Shown piece after piece: positions 30,273 through 40,888 of a stretch of DNA of 64,000 bases. The stretch lies in contig JBBDMM010000012.1 of assembly GCA_040878325.1 (NCBI GenBank), forward strand, positions 62,001-126,000, read 5' to 3'. The position numbers and the translations under genes were made by a program. The notes beneath the pieces were generated by a model, which was not told the DNA's origin, did no database searches, and saw nothing but the letters and a program-made list of their open reading frames with translations. Every line of letters begins with the position of its first letter. The first letter of the stretch is position 1. The DNA comes from Acidimicrobiia bacterium (GTDB lineage Bacteria > Actinomycetota > Acidimicrobiia > Spongiisociales > UBA11373).

Positions 30273-33041
30273 ATGCCACAGTTGCCCACGGGCACCGTCT
30301 CCTTCCTGTTCACTGACATCGAGGGTTCGACGCGCCTGTGGGAGAGCTCCGCCGAGGCGATGGCCGGCGCGGTGGCACAACACGATGCTCTTCTCATGGG
30401 GGCGATTGCAGATCAACGGGGGACCGTCTTTTCGACCTCGGGCGACGGTGGGGCCGCCGCATTCGTGCGCGCCCAGGAGGCGGTGGACGCGGCTCTGCAG
30501 GCTCAAATCGCGCTGGCGGAGGCGAACTGGGAGGGCGCCCCACTCCGCGTGCGAATGGCGATCCACACGGGTGAGGCATTCGAGCGGGACGGCAACTACT
30601 TCGGACCGGCGCTCAACGAGGCCGGGCGCCTGCTCTCCACGGCACACGGCGGCCAGGTCGTCATCTCGAGCGCCACCCGGGAGGTGATGGGGGCAAAGCT
30701 CCCAGCCGGGGTAGATCTGCGTGACCTCGGTGAACACAGGCTGCGTGATGTCGCCCGCGCTATACGAATCTTCCAGCTCGTCCACCCTGGGCTCGCAGCC
30801 GACTTCCCTCCGCTGCGGACCGGCGAACCCACTCGGAGCCGGCTTCCGCCCCAGGTGACGACGCTGGTAGGCCGTCATGATGAGCTGGCGGGCATCGACA
30901 AGCTGCTCGTGGAGAGCCGGCTCCTGACGCTGGTCGGAGCGGGCGGGTGCGGCAAGACTCGTCTTGCGGTGGAGATTGCGTCGCGATGGCAGCCCGAGAT
31001 GCCCGACACCGTGTGGTTCGTGGACCTGACGGGCGTCTCAGAACCCGAGCTTGTCCTGCCGACGGTGAGCCGCGCCCTGGAGCTGACCGAGGCCAGCGGC
31101 ACCGATGGGCTCGAGCGGCTGCTCGAGTTTCTTCGGCCCAAGCAGGGGCTGCTCGTCATCGACAACTGCGAGCATGTCAGGGACTCGGCGGGATCCGTGG
31201 TCGCCGCCATCGTGCGCGGTGCGCCTTCCATGAGGATTCTCGCTACGAGTCGTGAGGCGCTCGGCCTGCAGGGCGAAGTGCTGTGGGAGGTTCCACCCCT
31301 CCCCATTCCGGCGGTGGACACTCCAGCCGACGAACTCCAGCGGTTCGACTCAGTAAGGCTCTTCGAGTCCCGGGCGGCGGCCGCCTTCCCCGAATTCAGC
31401 ATCACATCAGCGAACGCCGATGCCGTGCGGCGCATCTGCCGGCGCCTGGACGGGATTCCCCTCGGTGTTGAGCTCGCCGCGGCTCGTCTCCGGGTGATGA
31501 CCCTCGACGATCTGGCGAAGCGCCTGGAGGCGTCGCTGGGTGTCCTCGGCTCGGCCGGGCAAGATGTCGTCCCCCATCATCGCACCATCGAGGCGACGCT
31601 CGAATGGTCCTATGAGCTTCTCGATCCCACCGAGCAGGACCTGTTCCGGCGTCTCGCGGTCTTCGCGGGGGGCTGGACACTCGAGGCGGCCGAGGAGGTC
31701 AGCGGTGCGGCGCCGCAGGGGCCGGTGGCCGTGCTCGACGGGCTCTCGTCCCTGGTCGAGAAGTCGTTGGTGGTCGTGATCAGACATAGCACCGCGAGTC
31801 GGTACCGCCTGCTGGAGCCGGTCCGCCAATACGCCAACGGCAAGCTCACCGCATCTGGGGTGGCCGACGATATCCGCCGACGTCACGCCCAATACTTCGC
31901 GCATCTCGCCGAGACCGCCTATCCGAACCTGATCGGACCCGACGAGGGCACCTGGCTCGACCGGCTCGAGGCCGATGTCGACAACCTGCGGGAGGCCCTT
32001 GCCTGGCTCAGTGAGAGCGACGCCCCGACTGCCCAGCTCATGGCGGGCGCCCTCCAGCAGTTCTGGGGACGGACGCATCGGGACGAGGAGGCGATGGGCT
32101 GGCAGCGGCGCCTCGTTCCCACCCACGCCACCCCCGGGACCGCGCTCGCCCGGACCCTGGTGCTGTCGAGCCTGCACAGCCTCGAAGAGGCCGTTGCTCA
32201 CCACGCCAAGCTCGACCAGGCGATCGAGCTGTACCGGATCTACGGACCGGAGCGCGAGTTGATCCTGGCGCTTCGGGTCCGAGCCGGACACTACGACGCC
32301 TTCGGGGAGTGGCCGGAGGCCGTCGCGCTCCTCGAAGAGGCGGTGGAGCGGGCCCGTGCCCTCGGTGACGCGGCCCTGCTGACGCTCGCAACATCCCATC
32401 TCGCCGGAATCCTGACCCGGTGGGCAGGCGACCTGGTCGCTGCGGCTCCGCTCGTCGCCGAATCGGTCGCCGCGGCCCGGAGTCTCGCCTCTCCCGTGCT
32501 TCTGCACGACGTGCTCAATACCGCCGCCCACTTCGAGGAGGGCCGTGGGGATCTGAAGGCTGCCTCGGCCCTGCTGCTCGAGGCACTGGACGTCGAGAGA
32601 CGCTCGGCGTCTCCCCTCGGCGGGGTAGGGGTGGCGCTGACCCGCCTTGCGGAGATCGCCGTGATGGAGGACCGGCTCGACGCGGCCCTCGATCACCTGC
32701 GCGAGCAGTCCGAACAGATCGAGACGCTCGGCTACGGGGACGCGTTCACTCGGAATCCGCTGCGACGCGAGTCACTCCGGATTTTGGGTGAAATCGAGGT
32801 GCGCCGCGGCAACCACGCCACGGGCGTCACGCTGCTCGCCGCACACGCCGCGACCTTTGCGCCGCAGCGTCTCGAGAAGGTGCGACAGGAGCGCTTCGAC
32901 GCCGCGTTGGCAAGCGCCCGAGGGGTACTCGGCGACGAGGCGGCAACGAGAGCCTGGAACGAAGGCAGCGGATTGACCCTGGAGCAGGCTCTGCGGTACG
33001 GGGAGGGTGGACTGGGGGCGTCAGCGGGCGGCGGGCGGTGA
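30273..33041 (+). CDS. Class III nucleotide cyclase + NB-ARC/STAND ATPase + TPR-like protein
   Basis: FLFTDIEGST, GDG, RMAIHTG, GAGGCGKTRLA, LLVIDNCEH, LDGIPLGVELAAAR; GGGAGG RBS. Confidence 0.88.
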   Translation: MPQLPTGTVSFLFTDIEGSTRLWESSAEAMAGAVAQHDALLMGAIADQRGTVFSTSGDGGAAAFVRAQEAVDAALQAQIALAEANWEGAPLRVRMAIHTGEAFERDGNYFGPALNEAGRLLSTAHGGQVVISSATREVMGAKLPAGVDLRDLGEHRLRDVARAIRIFQLVHPGLAADFPPLRTGEPTRSRLPPQVTTLVGRHDELAGIDKLLVESRLLTLVGAGGCGKTRLAVEIASRWQPEMPDTVWFVDLTGVSEPELVLPTVSRALELTEASGTDGLERLLEFLRPKQGLLVIDNCEHVRDSAGSVVAAIVRGAPSMRILATSREALGLQGEVLWEVPPLPIPAVDTPADELQRFDSVRLFESRAAAAFPEFSITSANADAVRRICRRLDGIPLGVELAAARLRVMTLDDLAKRLEASLGVLGSAGQDVVPHHRTIEATLEWSYELLDPTEQDLFRRLAVFAGGWTLEAAEEVSGAAPQGPVAVLDGLSSLVEKSLVVVIRHSTASRYRLLEPVRQYANGKLTASGVADDIRRRHAQYFAHLAETAYPNLIGPDEGTWLDRLEADVDNLREALAWLSESDAPTAQLMAGALQQFWGRTHRDEEAMGWQRRLVPTHATPGTALARTLVLSSLHSLEEAVAHHAKLDQAIELYRIYGPERELILALRVRAGHYDAFGEWPEAVALLEEAVERARALGDAALLTLATSHLAGILTRWAGDLVAAAPLVAESVAAARSLASPVLLHDVLNTAAHFEEGRGDLKAASALLLEALDVERRSASPLGGVGVALTRLAEIAVMEDRLDAALDHLREQSEQIETLGYGDAFTRNPLRRESLRILGEIEVRRGNHATGVTLLAAHAATFAPQRLEKVRQERFDAALASARGVLGDEAATRAWNEGSGLTLEQALRYGEGGLGASAGGGR

Positions 33042-33061
33042 ACTCCAACCGCAGGTAGGGC

Positions 33062-33075
33062 TGTGTCGGAGAGCC
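33062..33075 (+). repeat. att-like direct repeat copy 1 (TGTGTCGGAGAGCC)
   Basis: Identical at 33154 and 34463; 11-bp core shared with the tRNA-Leu 3' end at 39280-39290. Confidence 0.75.
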
Positions 33076-33153
33076 AAAGCGTGGTGAACACGACCCCTAC
33101 GCGAGAGGAGTTCCGCTTTGCGGAACTCCCAGAGCAACCCGAAGGGTTGCCAG

Positions 33154-33167
33154 TGTGTCGGAGAGCC
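33154..33167 (+). repeat. att-like direct repeat copy 2
   Basis: TGTGTCGGAGAGCC. Confidence 0.75.
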
Positions 33168-33240
33168 TTCGGGGGTTAACTCAGACCCTGACTGGAGGCT
33201 CAAGCCGTGGAGCCGGGCCTGACGTAGGTCCCGCACGGCT

Positions 33241-33271
33241 GAGGGGCCAGAGCGCGTGGCCCTGGCCCCTC
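33241..33271. terminator. Hairpin downstream of the secreted cargo gene
   Basis: gaggggccag ... ctggcccctc. Confidence 0.6.
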
Positions 33272-33288
33272 GTCGTACTACGGAACGG

Positions 33289-34062
33289 TTAGCGGCTGTC
33301 TTCGCCGGTCTTGACGAACTGGATGCACAGGCCCTGGTTGCGGAACCCGAAGTCCATCCACCCGCCCTTCTTGCACTCGTCCGCGGTCTGAGGCGCGACT
33401 ACTCCAGCGTGCCAGTACGCGGTGTAGTCACGGGCTCCATCGTTGTAGTGGTTCAAGAACACCTGGCCGATGGTGTCACTCCCGGCATAGGACGAGCCTG
33501 CAAACTGGCCGTTGATGGCATAGTTGACGGTGTCGGTGTCGGGGTCGAGAGCAATACTGAGCGTGTTCCAATCGCCGTACTTCACGGCGACACCGCTGGG
33601 GATGTAACCCCCAATCCCCACAGTGTTCCAGACGTAGAACCCAGCGTCGACCGTTGTTGAGTTGCGGAAGACGATGAGGGGATAGGCGGTGATGGGGTCG
33701 TCGCTCGTCCAGAAGCCCACATTCAGCGGACTGGTTGCAGCATCCTCCCATTCAACCGGGACATAGAGGTCAACCTGAACAGCCAAACCGAAATCCGCAA
33801 CCTTCTTGATTCCCTCGAAGTAGTAGAATGGGCTCACCGTCGATCGATTAGCACCGACGACACCGATCTCGGCGACGTCATTCCGCCCGTGGGCGGAGAC
33901 CGAGGTGACGCCCCCACTCGGGAACTGCCGATCAACTTCCCAGTTGTTGTCCAGCTCGTCTTGGGTGAACGGGTCGAGCATCGCTGATGAAGCCAACGCC
34001 GCGACCCCGGTCAACCCGAGAGCCAGCAACAGCACTGAAAGTACCGTGATTGTCCGTCTCAT
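33289..34062 (-). CDS. Secreted beta-sandwich (ConA/LamG-like) protein with C-terminal CKKGGW...FRNQGLC motif
   Basis: Signal peptide MRRTITVLSVLLLALG...; GAAGGGGAG RBS; fold call is inference. Confidence 0.7.
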   Translation of the reverse strand: MRRTITVLSVLLLALGLTGVAALASSAMLDPFTQDELDNNWEVDRQFPSGGVTSVSAHGRNDVAEIGVVGANRSTVSPFYYFEGIKKVADFGLAVQVDLYVPVEWEDAATSPLNVGFWTSDDPITAYPLIVFRNSTTVDAGFYVWNTVGIGGYIPSGVAVKYGDWNTLSIALDPDTDTVNYAINGQFAGSSYAGSDTIGQVFLNHYNDGARDYTAYWHAGVVAPQTADECKKGGWMDFGFRNQGLCIQFVKTGEDSR

Positions 34063-34462
34063 GTTCGATCTCCCCTTCGTTCTCCACTCCATGTGCCAAA
34101 CCTCGCCCCAACCTCGGTCGTGGAGCATCCTTCCATGGACTATAACCTCCTGCGTCACGGAACGTGCAAGCGCCAACTACCCAGCGTGTTCTTGGCCATC
34201 GGACCCGCCCCGATCCTCGTCAGGTTCGGGAACCGGATCGCCCAGGACGATGCGCCACAGTGCAGCCGCCGCAGCCGGATCGACCCGCTCGACGACGCGT
34301 AGACGCGACGCAGCGTCAGGCGTTCGGTCTTCGCCTTTGCAGCAGCTAGCGCGCATGCGCGCACTTCCCGAGGGTCTTGGGGAGTTCAATGCGGAGCCCA
34401 GACACCGCGTCGTTACGCCGTCTCGTGTATCTCAGTGCACCGTGAGAGTGTTTCGCTGCAGC

Positions 34463-34476
34463 TGTGTCGGAGAGCC
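34463..34476 (+). repeat. att-like direct repeat copy 3
   Basis: TGTGTCGGAGAGCC; 16 bp identical with copy 1. Confidence 0.75.
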
Positions 34477-34671
34477 GACGGCTAGATGGCGGATCCTGGT
34501 GTGGGGCGCTGACCCTAGAGGGTCGAGTGCTGATCCTGGTGGACCACGAGCCCTCTGATGAGGCAGTCTCCCAGGCCGGCAGGCTGATTCAGAAGGTGCC
34601 TCATGCGCAGCCGCCGTGGTGAGACCGTCCTGTAGGCTATGGACTCCCGACTTCCCAGAGACTGGTTGGTC

Positions 34672-35727
34672 ATGACCCTCCTGCGGCCGTGGTCCGAGAT
34701 AAGCGGGCGATTCCGACACAGCCTCCTCATCGGGAACGGGGCGAGTCGTGCGGTGTCAGAGTCCTTCGCCTACGAGTCGCTCCTTGAGGTGGCGGGGCGT
34801 CCATCGCAGGTCCAACCCCTCGATGCGAGGGACCGTCAAGTGTTCGAACTCGTGAATGAGACAGACTTCGAACGTGTGCTTGGAGAGATTGACCGGGCTC
34901 AGTCAATCGCCCGACTGGCTGGAGTGTCCGACCTTGATGCTCTAGCAGAGCAGTACGTCCGAGTAAGAAGTTCACTGATCGACGCTGTTCACACAGTCCA
35001 TCCGCTTTACGCCGACCTGTCGTCGAACCGGCTTGAGCGGGTGAGGGACTCGCTGCTCCACTTCGCCTCGGTCTTCACCACGAACTACGACCTTTTGTTG
35101 TACTGGGCGATGACGGCCGGCGGTGGTAGCAGGCTCGACAGGTTCCGTGACTACTTCTGGAACCCAGAGATCTCATTTGACCTGACCGATACCGGGGTTG
35201 CTCCCGGGAAAACCCGAGTGCTGTATCTCCACGGCGGCCTCCACCTGTTCGATCCGCCGGATGGATCGACAGTCAAGGCATCGGGGTCGGAGGGTGATTC
35301 GGCGTGGAGCGTGTACAGCCCACTCTTGGCACTCACCTTCCACTACCGGGGCGCCACGTACCCGCTATTCGTCGCCGAAGGCTCGTCGGGCCGCAAGCTC
35401 ACTGCGATCACTTCGAACGACTACCTCAACTTCGCCTACAGCGAATGGATCGGACACTTCCTGCCACAGACAAGCCCCTTCGAGAGTCTGGTGGTCTTCG
35501 GCCATAGCCTGGGGACCGGGGACGAACACTTGGTTCGACCCGCCATCGCCCAGTTGCAGCAGGCGGAGCGCCGGGGCGAGCCGCTGCCGGAAATCGCCGT
35601 GTCTCTCCGGCCGGACAATTCGACGGCGCTCGATGCCAGGAAGCAGTACTACCGAGCGAGGCTTGGCCGTGACGAAGTCGAGTTCTTCGACGCCTCGACG
35701 CACCCGCTCGGATTTCCGCCGAGTTGA
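34672..35727 (+). CDS. DUF4917 family (SIR2-like) protein
   Basis: LLIGNGAS..F.Y.SL, VFTTNYDLLLYW, YLHGGLHLF, PLFVAEG, VFGHSL..DEH. Confidence 0.8.
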   Translation: MTLLRPWSEISGRFRHSLLIGNGASRAVSESFAYESLLEVAGRPSQVQPLDARDRQVFELVNETDFERVLGEIDRAQSIARLAGVSDLDALAEQYVRVRSSLIDAVHTVHPLYADLSSNRLERVRDSLLHFASVFTTNYDLLLYWAMTAGGGSRLDRFRDYFWNPEISFDLTDTGVAPGKTRVLYLHGGLHLFDPPDGSTVKASGSEGDSAWSVYSPLLALTFHYRGATYPLFVAEGSSGRKLTAITSNDYLNFAYSEWIGHFLPQTSPFESLVVFGHSLGTGDEHLVRPAIAQLQQAERRGEPLPEIAVSLRPDNSTALDARKQYYRARLGRDEVEFFDASTHPLGFPPS

Positions 35728-35755
35728 GAGTTCGCCGCTTGGCACTCCCAAAATG

Positions 35756-36481
35756 CTACGAATTCGGCTGGTCGCCCTGGGCGGCCTCGGGCAGGCTGAT
35801 CTCCTCAAGACAATGAGGGCACTTGGTGGCGCCTGAGTTGACCGGTTCTCGGCATCTGGGGCAAGGGGGGCGAGGGAAGATGCGCTCTAACACGCTACCG
35901 GAGCGATCCCGTCCGATGCGTTGAAGTTCGTCGAGGCTTCTGGCTATCGACTTGAGGTGTGCAGCAGCATCGGCACCAGGGGCCGAGAGGCTTGAGTAGA
36001 GCACGCCCTCGAAAGATGCAAAGTCGACTACTACATCTTCCTCGTAAGCAGTACCTCCGTACTCGTAGGTGATCGTGGCCCGGAAGGTGCTATTCGCCAC
36101 GTCGGCGAAGTAGTCCTGCGGTGAGATGAAAGACCATCGATACATCCGCCCTGGCGGAAGGTACGGAATTCCTCGGTCGAATGGTCCAGCGGCAGATAGA
36201 CCGGTTCCGCTTCCGTCGAGGACATCCTGTTGCACATTGAACTGGACGTTGTTGGCAGCTCGCTCGCCGAAATTTCCTACGCCGATCTCCAGCATGGGTC
36301 CCCCTCGACCTGAGACGTCAAGGTGAACATATGGCCGCTGGCTGAGCCTGGCTGCATCGGCGATACGACGGGTCTCGATGACATACCAGAACGTGAGTCC
36401 AGCAAGAATGAGCGTGGCTATCGCCTGAACGGCACCCGTGTTTCGATTGAGCGTGTCGACAAGATCTACGGCGAGAACCAA
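35756..36481 (-). CDS. Hypothetical protein: N-terminal TM helix, C-terminal zinc ribbon
   Basis: AIATLILAGLTFWYV..TR, RPYV; CPRC...CPHC. Confidence 0.7.
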   Translation of the reverse strand: MVLAVDLVDTLNRNTGAVQAIATLILAGLTFWYVIETRRIADAARLSQRPYVHLDVSGRGGPMLEIGVGNFGERAANNVQFNVQQDVLDGSGTGLSAAGPFDRGIPYLPPGRMYRWSFISPQDYFADVANSTFRATITYEYGGTAYEEDVVVDFASFEGVLYSSLSAPGADAAAHLKSIARSLDELQRIGRDRSGSVLERIFPRPPCPRCREPVNSGATKCPHCLEEISLPEAAQGDQPNS

Positions 36482-36703
36482 TGTGAGCTCCTAAGGGTGC
36501 GTGTCCTGTATCACAGCACCCTCAAACTACATCTGCCGGGGTGCTCGCCGGGACTCCCTCACTTCTTGTCGTAGGGGTCAGATACATTGTGGGCTGTTCA
36601 CCGGCATGTGATCGGGGTCCATGTTGACCCCAGGCGTATCCGCCGGGTTAGCCCCCTAGTTGGGGGGCTCTTCCAAACCGGATGTCGCTTGGGGAGGTCT
36701 TCC

Positions 36704-37789
36704 ATGGTTACCAGGTCATTCTCGTCCGATTCCAATCCACTGAGCGTGGTGCGTGAGTTGGCTTCGGGCATCGATTCGCTCTACTTGTCGGGGCGGGCTG
36801 TTCTGCCTGATTCGTTCTTGGAGCGGTTGGAGCGTGCCAGGAGTCGAGCGCTTGAAGGCCGCGAGCCGGTCGGCTTCAGTCTTGGTGGGGTGGAGTTCGG
36901 GGTGACTCCCTTCGGATGGGGGCGGTATCCGTACCGGTTGTCGCATGAGTACGGGCTGATCGGGTTCACCTCAAGTGATCATCTGCCGGCGGTTCGAGTC
37001 CAGCCCAAGGCGCAGCTACTGCATGGCATAGGTCCCGAGGCGACGGTGGAAACGTTCTCGTCGCTGATCGCTGAGATTGCTGCTGTGGAGTGGTCAGTGT
37101 CCCGGGCGGATCTGTTCGCCGATTTGCAGGGGTTCTGGCCGGATGCGAACACACGGGACCGGTTCGTGTGTCGGGCCAGGACGCTCACCACTTACGAGGA
37201 AGCGGGCGATCTGACCGGGTTCCAGTTCGGGAAGCGTCGAGGTGGTGGGATCACGGCCCGGATGTATGAGAAGTCGGGCCAGGCTCGCAAGAGTGGTGGC
37301 GACTACTGGTTCGATATCTGGGGGGAGTCCTACCGGCCTGGGGAGCCCGTCACTCGGGTCGAGATCGAGTACGGGCGCAAAGCCCTCCATCAATGCGACG
37401 TCACGACTCCCGAGGAGCTTTTCGCCAATCTTGCGGGATTGTGGGGATACGGCACTGAGTGGCTGTCTTACCGTCAGGCATCGACGGACAAGAACCGGTC
37501 TCGTGCACCGGTGGCCCCGGAGTGGGAAGCAATCCGCAACGTATCTCTCCGAGACCGGCCGGTAACTATCGAGCGCACCACGGCGTCGAAAGCGGCAGCC
37601 TCAGAGCGTCAGATGAAGCAGGCACTGTGCGGGTGGTTGGCGAGCTTTGCTGCCTTCCGGAACGTCGACTCCATCGGTGCGAGTCTCGACCTTCTTGACC
37701 CGGTGCTGCGGGACTACGAGCGAGAGACCGGCATCCCGTTCTCGACTCGGGTGCACAAGAAGCGCCGCAAGCAGGATTGGGGCCTATGA
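36704..37789 (+). CDS. Rep_trans-like rolling-circle replication initiator/relaxase
   Basis: GIDSLYL, SRADLFAD, TGFQFGKR, RMYEK (candidate catalytic Tyr), RVEIE; GGGGAGG RBS before ATG 36704. Confidence 0.75.
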   Translation: MVTRSFSSDSNPLSVVRELASGIDSLYLSGRAVLPDSFLERLERARSRALEGREPVGFSLGGVEFGVTPFGWGRYPYRLSHEYGLIGFTSSDHLPAVRVQPKAQLLHGIGPEATVETFSSLIAEIAAVEWSVSRADLFADLQGFWPDANTRDRFVCRARTLTTYEEAGDLTGFQFGKRRGGGITARMYEKSGQARKSGGDYWFDIWGESYRPGEPVTRVEIEYGRKALHQCDVTTPEELFANLAGLWGYGTEWLSYRQASTDKNRSRAPVAPEWEAIRNVSLRDRPVTIERTTASKAAASERQMKQALCGWLASFAAFRNVDSIGASLDLLDPVLRDYERETGIPFSTRVHKKRRKQDWGL

Positions 37790-37871
37790 GCGCCCAGGAC
37801 TATGAGCGGGTAGCGTCGGTGCTCGTCGCTGTGAGTCTGCGCATCGTGCGCAAGCGCCAGGAGGACACCGA

Positions 37872-37878
<7 letters not shown>
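37786..37878 (+). CDS. 30-aa ORF MSAQDYERVASVLVAVSLRIVRKRQEDTEC
   Basis: ATGA overlap with the rep stop; its stop overlaps the recombinase start. Confidence 0.55.
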
Positions 37879-39383
<1,505 letters not shown>

Positions 39384-39409
39384 CGCGGGCCTGCGCTCTC
39401 CCAGTCCCG

Positions 39410-39793
39410 TCAGGATCCGAAGAATCGGTTTATCGCCTCGGTGTCGTCGGAGAATGCCCAGCGTTCGGTCGCCTTGCCATCCTTGAAGTGGAAGATCTCG
39501 GCGGTGCGGTAAGAGAAGGTCTTTCCGTCCTTGGTCACGTGGGCCTCGACCAGGGCGATCGTGTGGTCGTCGTTGGCGACGACATCGTGCAACTCGCCTT
39601 GGAAGTCGAATCCGGCGTCGTCGAAGCCGCCAAACGACGCCAACACGGCCTCCTTACCGACGATCGGATCCGGCGAGCCGATCACGTGATACTCGATGTC
39701 ATCGGCGATCGCGTCAGCCAGCGCCTCGATGTCACCGGCAATCATCTTGTCGAAAATCGATCGATAGAGCGCAGCGTTTGGATGATCTGCCAT
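39410..39793 (-). CDS. SnoaL-like/NTF2 family protein
   Basis: GD.EAL..ADD..YH..G, GKE.V, FHFKDGK..E.W. Confidence 0.85.
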   Translation of the reverse strand: MADHPNAALYRSIFDKMIAGDIEALADAIADDIEYHVIGSPDPIVGKEAVLASFGGFDDAGFDFQGELHDVVANDDHTIALVEAHVTKDGKTFSYRTAEIFHFKDGKATERWAFSDDTEAINRFFGS

Positions 39794-39829
39794 GACAATC
39801 CCCTCGTTTTGAAGGGAGCCAGCCTACGC

Positions 39830-40888
39830 CTAGGTCCGCGCTGCTGGAGCGGCGTTGGGGGCGAGGATCCGGCCGCCCACCTCGACCAGGTGGCAGGCGA
39901 CGAAATGGCCGTTGCCCTTGTCCTCGAGGGGCGGATGATCGGCGGTGTGGCAGATGTCCATCGCCCACGGACACCGGTCGAGGAATCGGCAGTGCGGCTC
40001 GGGGTTGATCGCCTTCGTCACGCCGCCCTTGATCTCCACCTTCGGCCGTTGGTAGGACGGATCGGGCACGGGGACCGCTGACAGCAGGGCCCTGGTGTAG
40101 GGATGAAGGGGATTGCTCAGCAACTCCTCGGTGGGTGCCAACTCCACGATCTTGCCCAGGTACATCACCGCGATCCGGTCACACATGTAACGGGCAACCG
40201 CCAGGTCGTGAGTGATGTACAGGTAAGAGACGGAGAACTCTTTCGCCAATCGGAGCATCAGCTCCATGATCGAGATGCGGATGCTGACGTCGAGCATCGA
40301 GGTGGGCTCGTCGGCCACCACGAAACTCGGGTCGAGCACGAGCGCCCGGGCGATGGCCACCCGCTGCCGCTGACCGCCCGACAGCTCGTGGGGGTAGCGG
40401 AACATGAACGACTGAGGCGGAGACAGGCCCACCGCGCTGAGCAGCTCGGCCACGCGGGCCTCGCGCTCTGCGACGGACCGCACCTGCTGGACGACCAGAG
40501 GCTCGGCGATCGTGTCGTAGACGGTGCGCCGCGGGTTCATCGACTCGTATGGATCCTGGAAGATCATCTGGACGTTGCGGCGGAACGCCCTCATGTTCGA
40601 GCGGCTGATGTGGGCCACATCGATCATCGAGCCGTTGTCGGCCATCTCGATCTTGCCGCCGGTGGCCCCCATCAGCTTCACCAGCATCCGCCCGGTGGTG
40701 GTCTTCCCACAGCCCGACTCCCCCACCAGTCCCAGGCTCTCGCCGGGGGCGATCTCGAAGTCGATGCCGTCGACAGCATGAACGAAATCGACTGGCTTAC
40801 GGAAGGCGCCGCGGGTGATCGGAAACAGCTTCTGCAGGTTCTCGACCTTGATCAGCGGCTTCGTGGTGATCTCGAGGTCGCTGGTCAT
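39830..40888 (-). CDS. Oligopeptide/dipeptide ABC transporter ATP-binding protein (OppF/DppF-like)
   Basis: [21 protein letters not shown]-terminal Cys cluster. Confidence 0.92.
   Translation of the reverse strand: MTSDLEITTKPLIKVENLQKLFPITRGAFRKPVDFVHAVDGIDFEIAPGESLGLVGESGCGKTTTGRMLVKLMGATGGKIEMADNGSMIDVAHISRSNMRAFRRNVQMIFQDPYESMNPRRTVYDTIAEPLVVQQVRSVAEREARVAELLSAVGLSPPQSFMFRYPHELSGGQRQRVAIARALVLDPSFVVADEPTSMLDVSIRISIMELMLRLAKEFSVSYLYITHDLAVARYMCDRIAVMYLGKIVELAPTEELLSNPLHPYTRALLSAVPVPDPSYQRPKVEIKGGVTKAINPEPHCRFLDRCPWAMDICHTADHPPLEDKGNGHFVACHLVEVGGRILAPNAAPAART

Noticed and set aside
34177..34389. 70-aa minus-strand ORF as a gene or pseudogene
   Set aside because: No RBS or recognisable motif.
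33062..34476. TGTCGG in the repeats as PafBC (RecA-NDp) promoters
   Set aside because: None has the required TA-N3-T ten nucleotides downstream; the match to the tRNA end explains them better.
34711..34723. Inverted partial att matches at 34711 and ~45908
   Set aside because: Only 10-12 bp and inside coding regions; consistent with chance.
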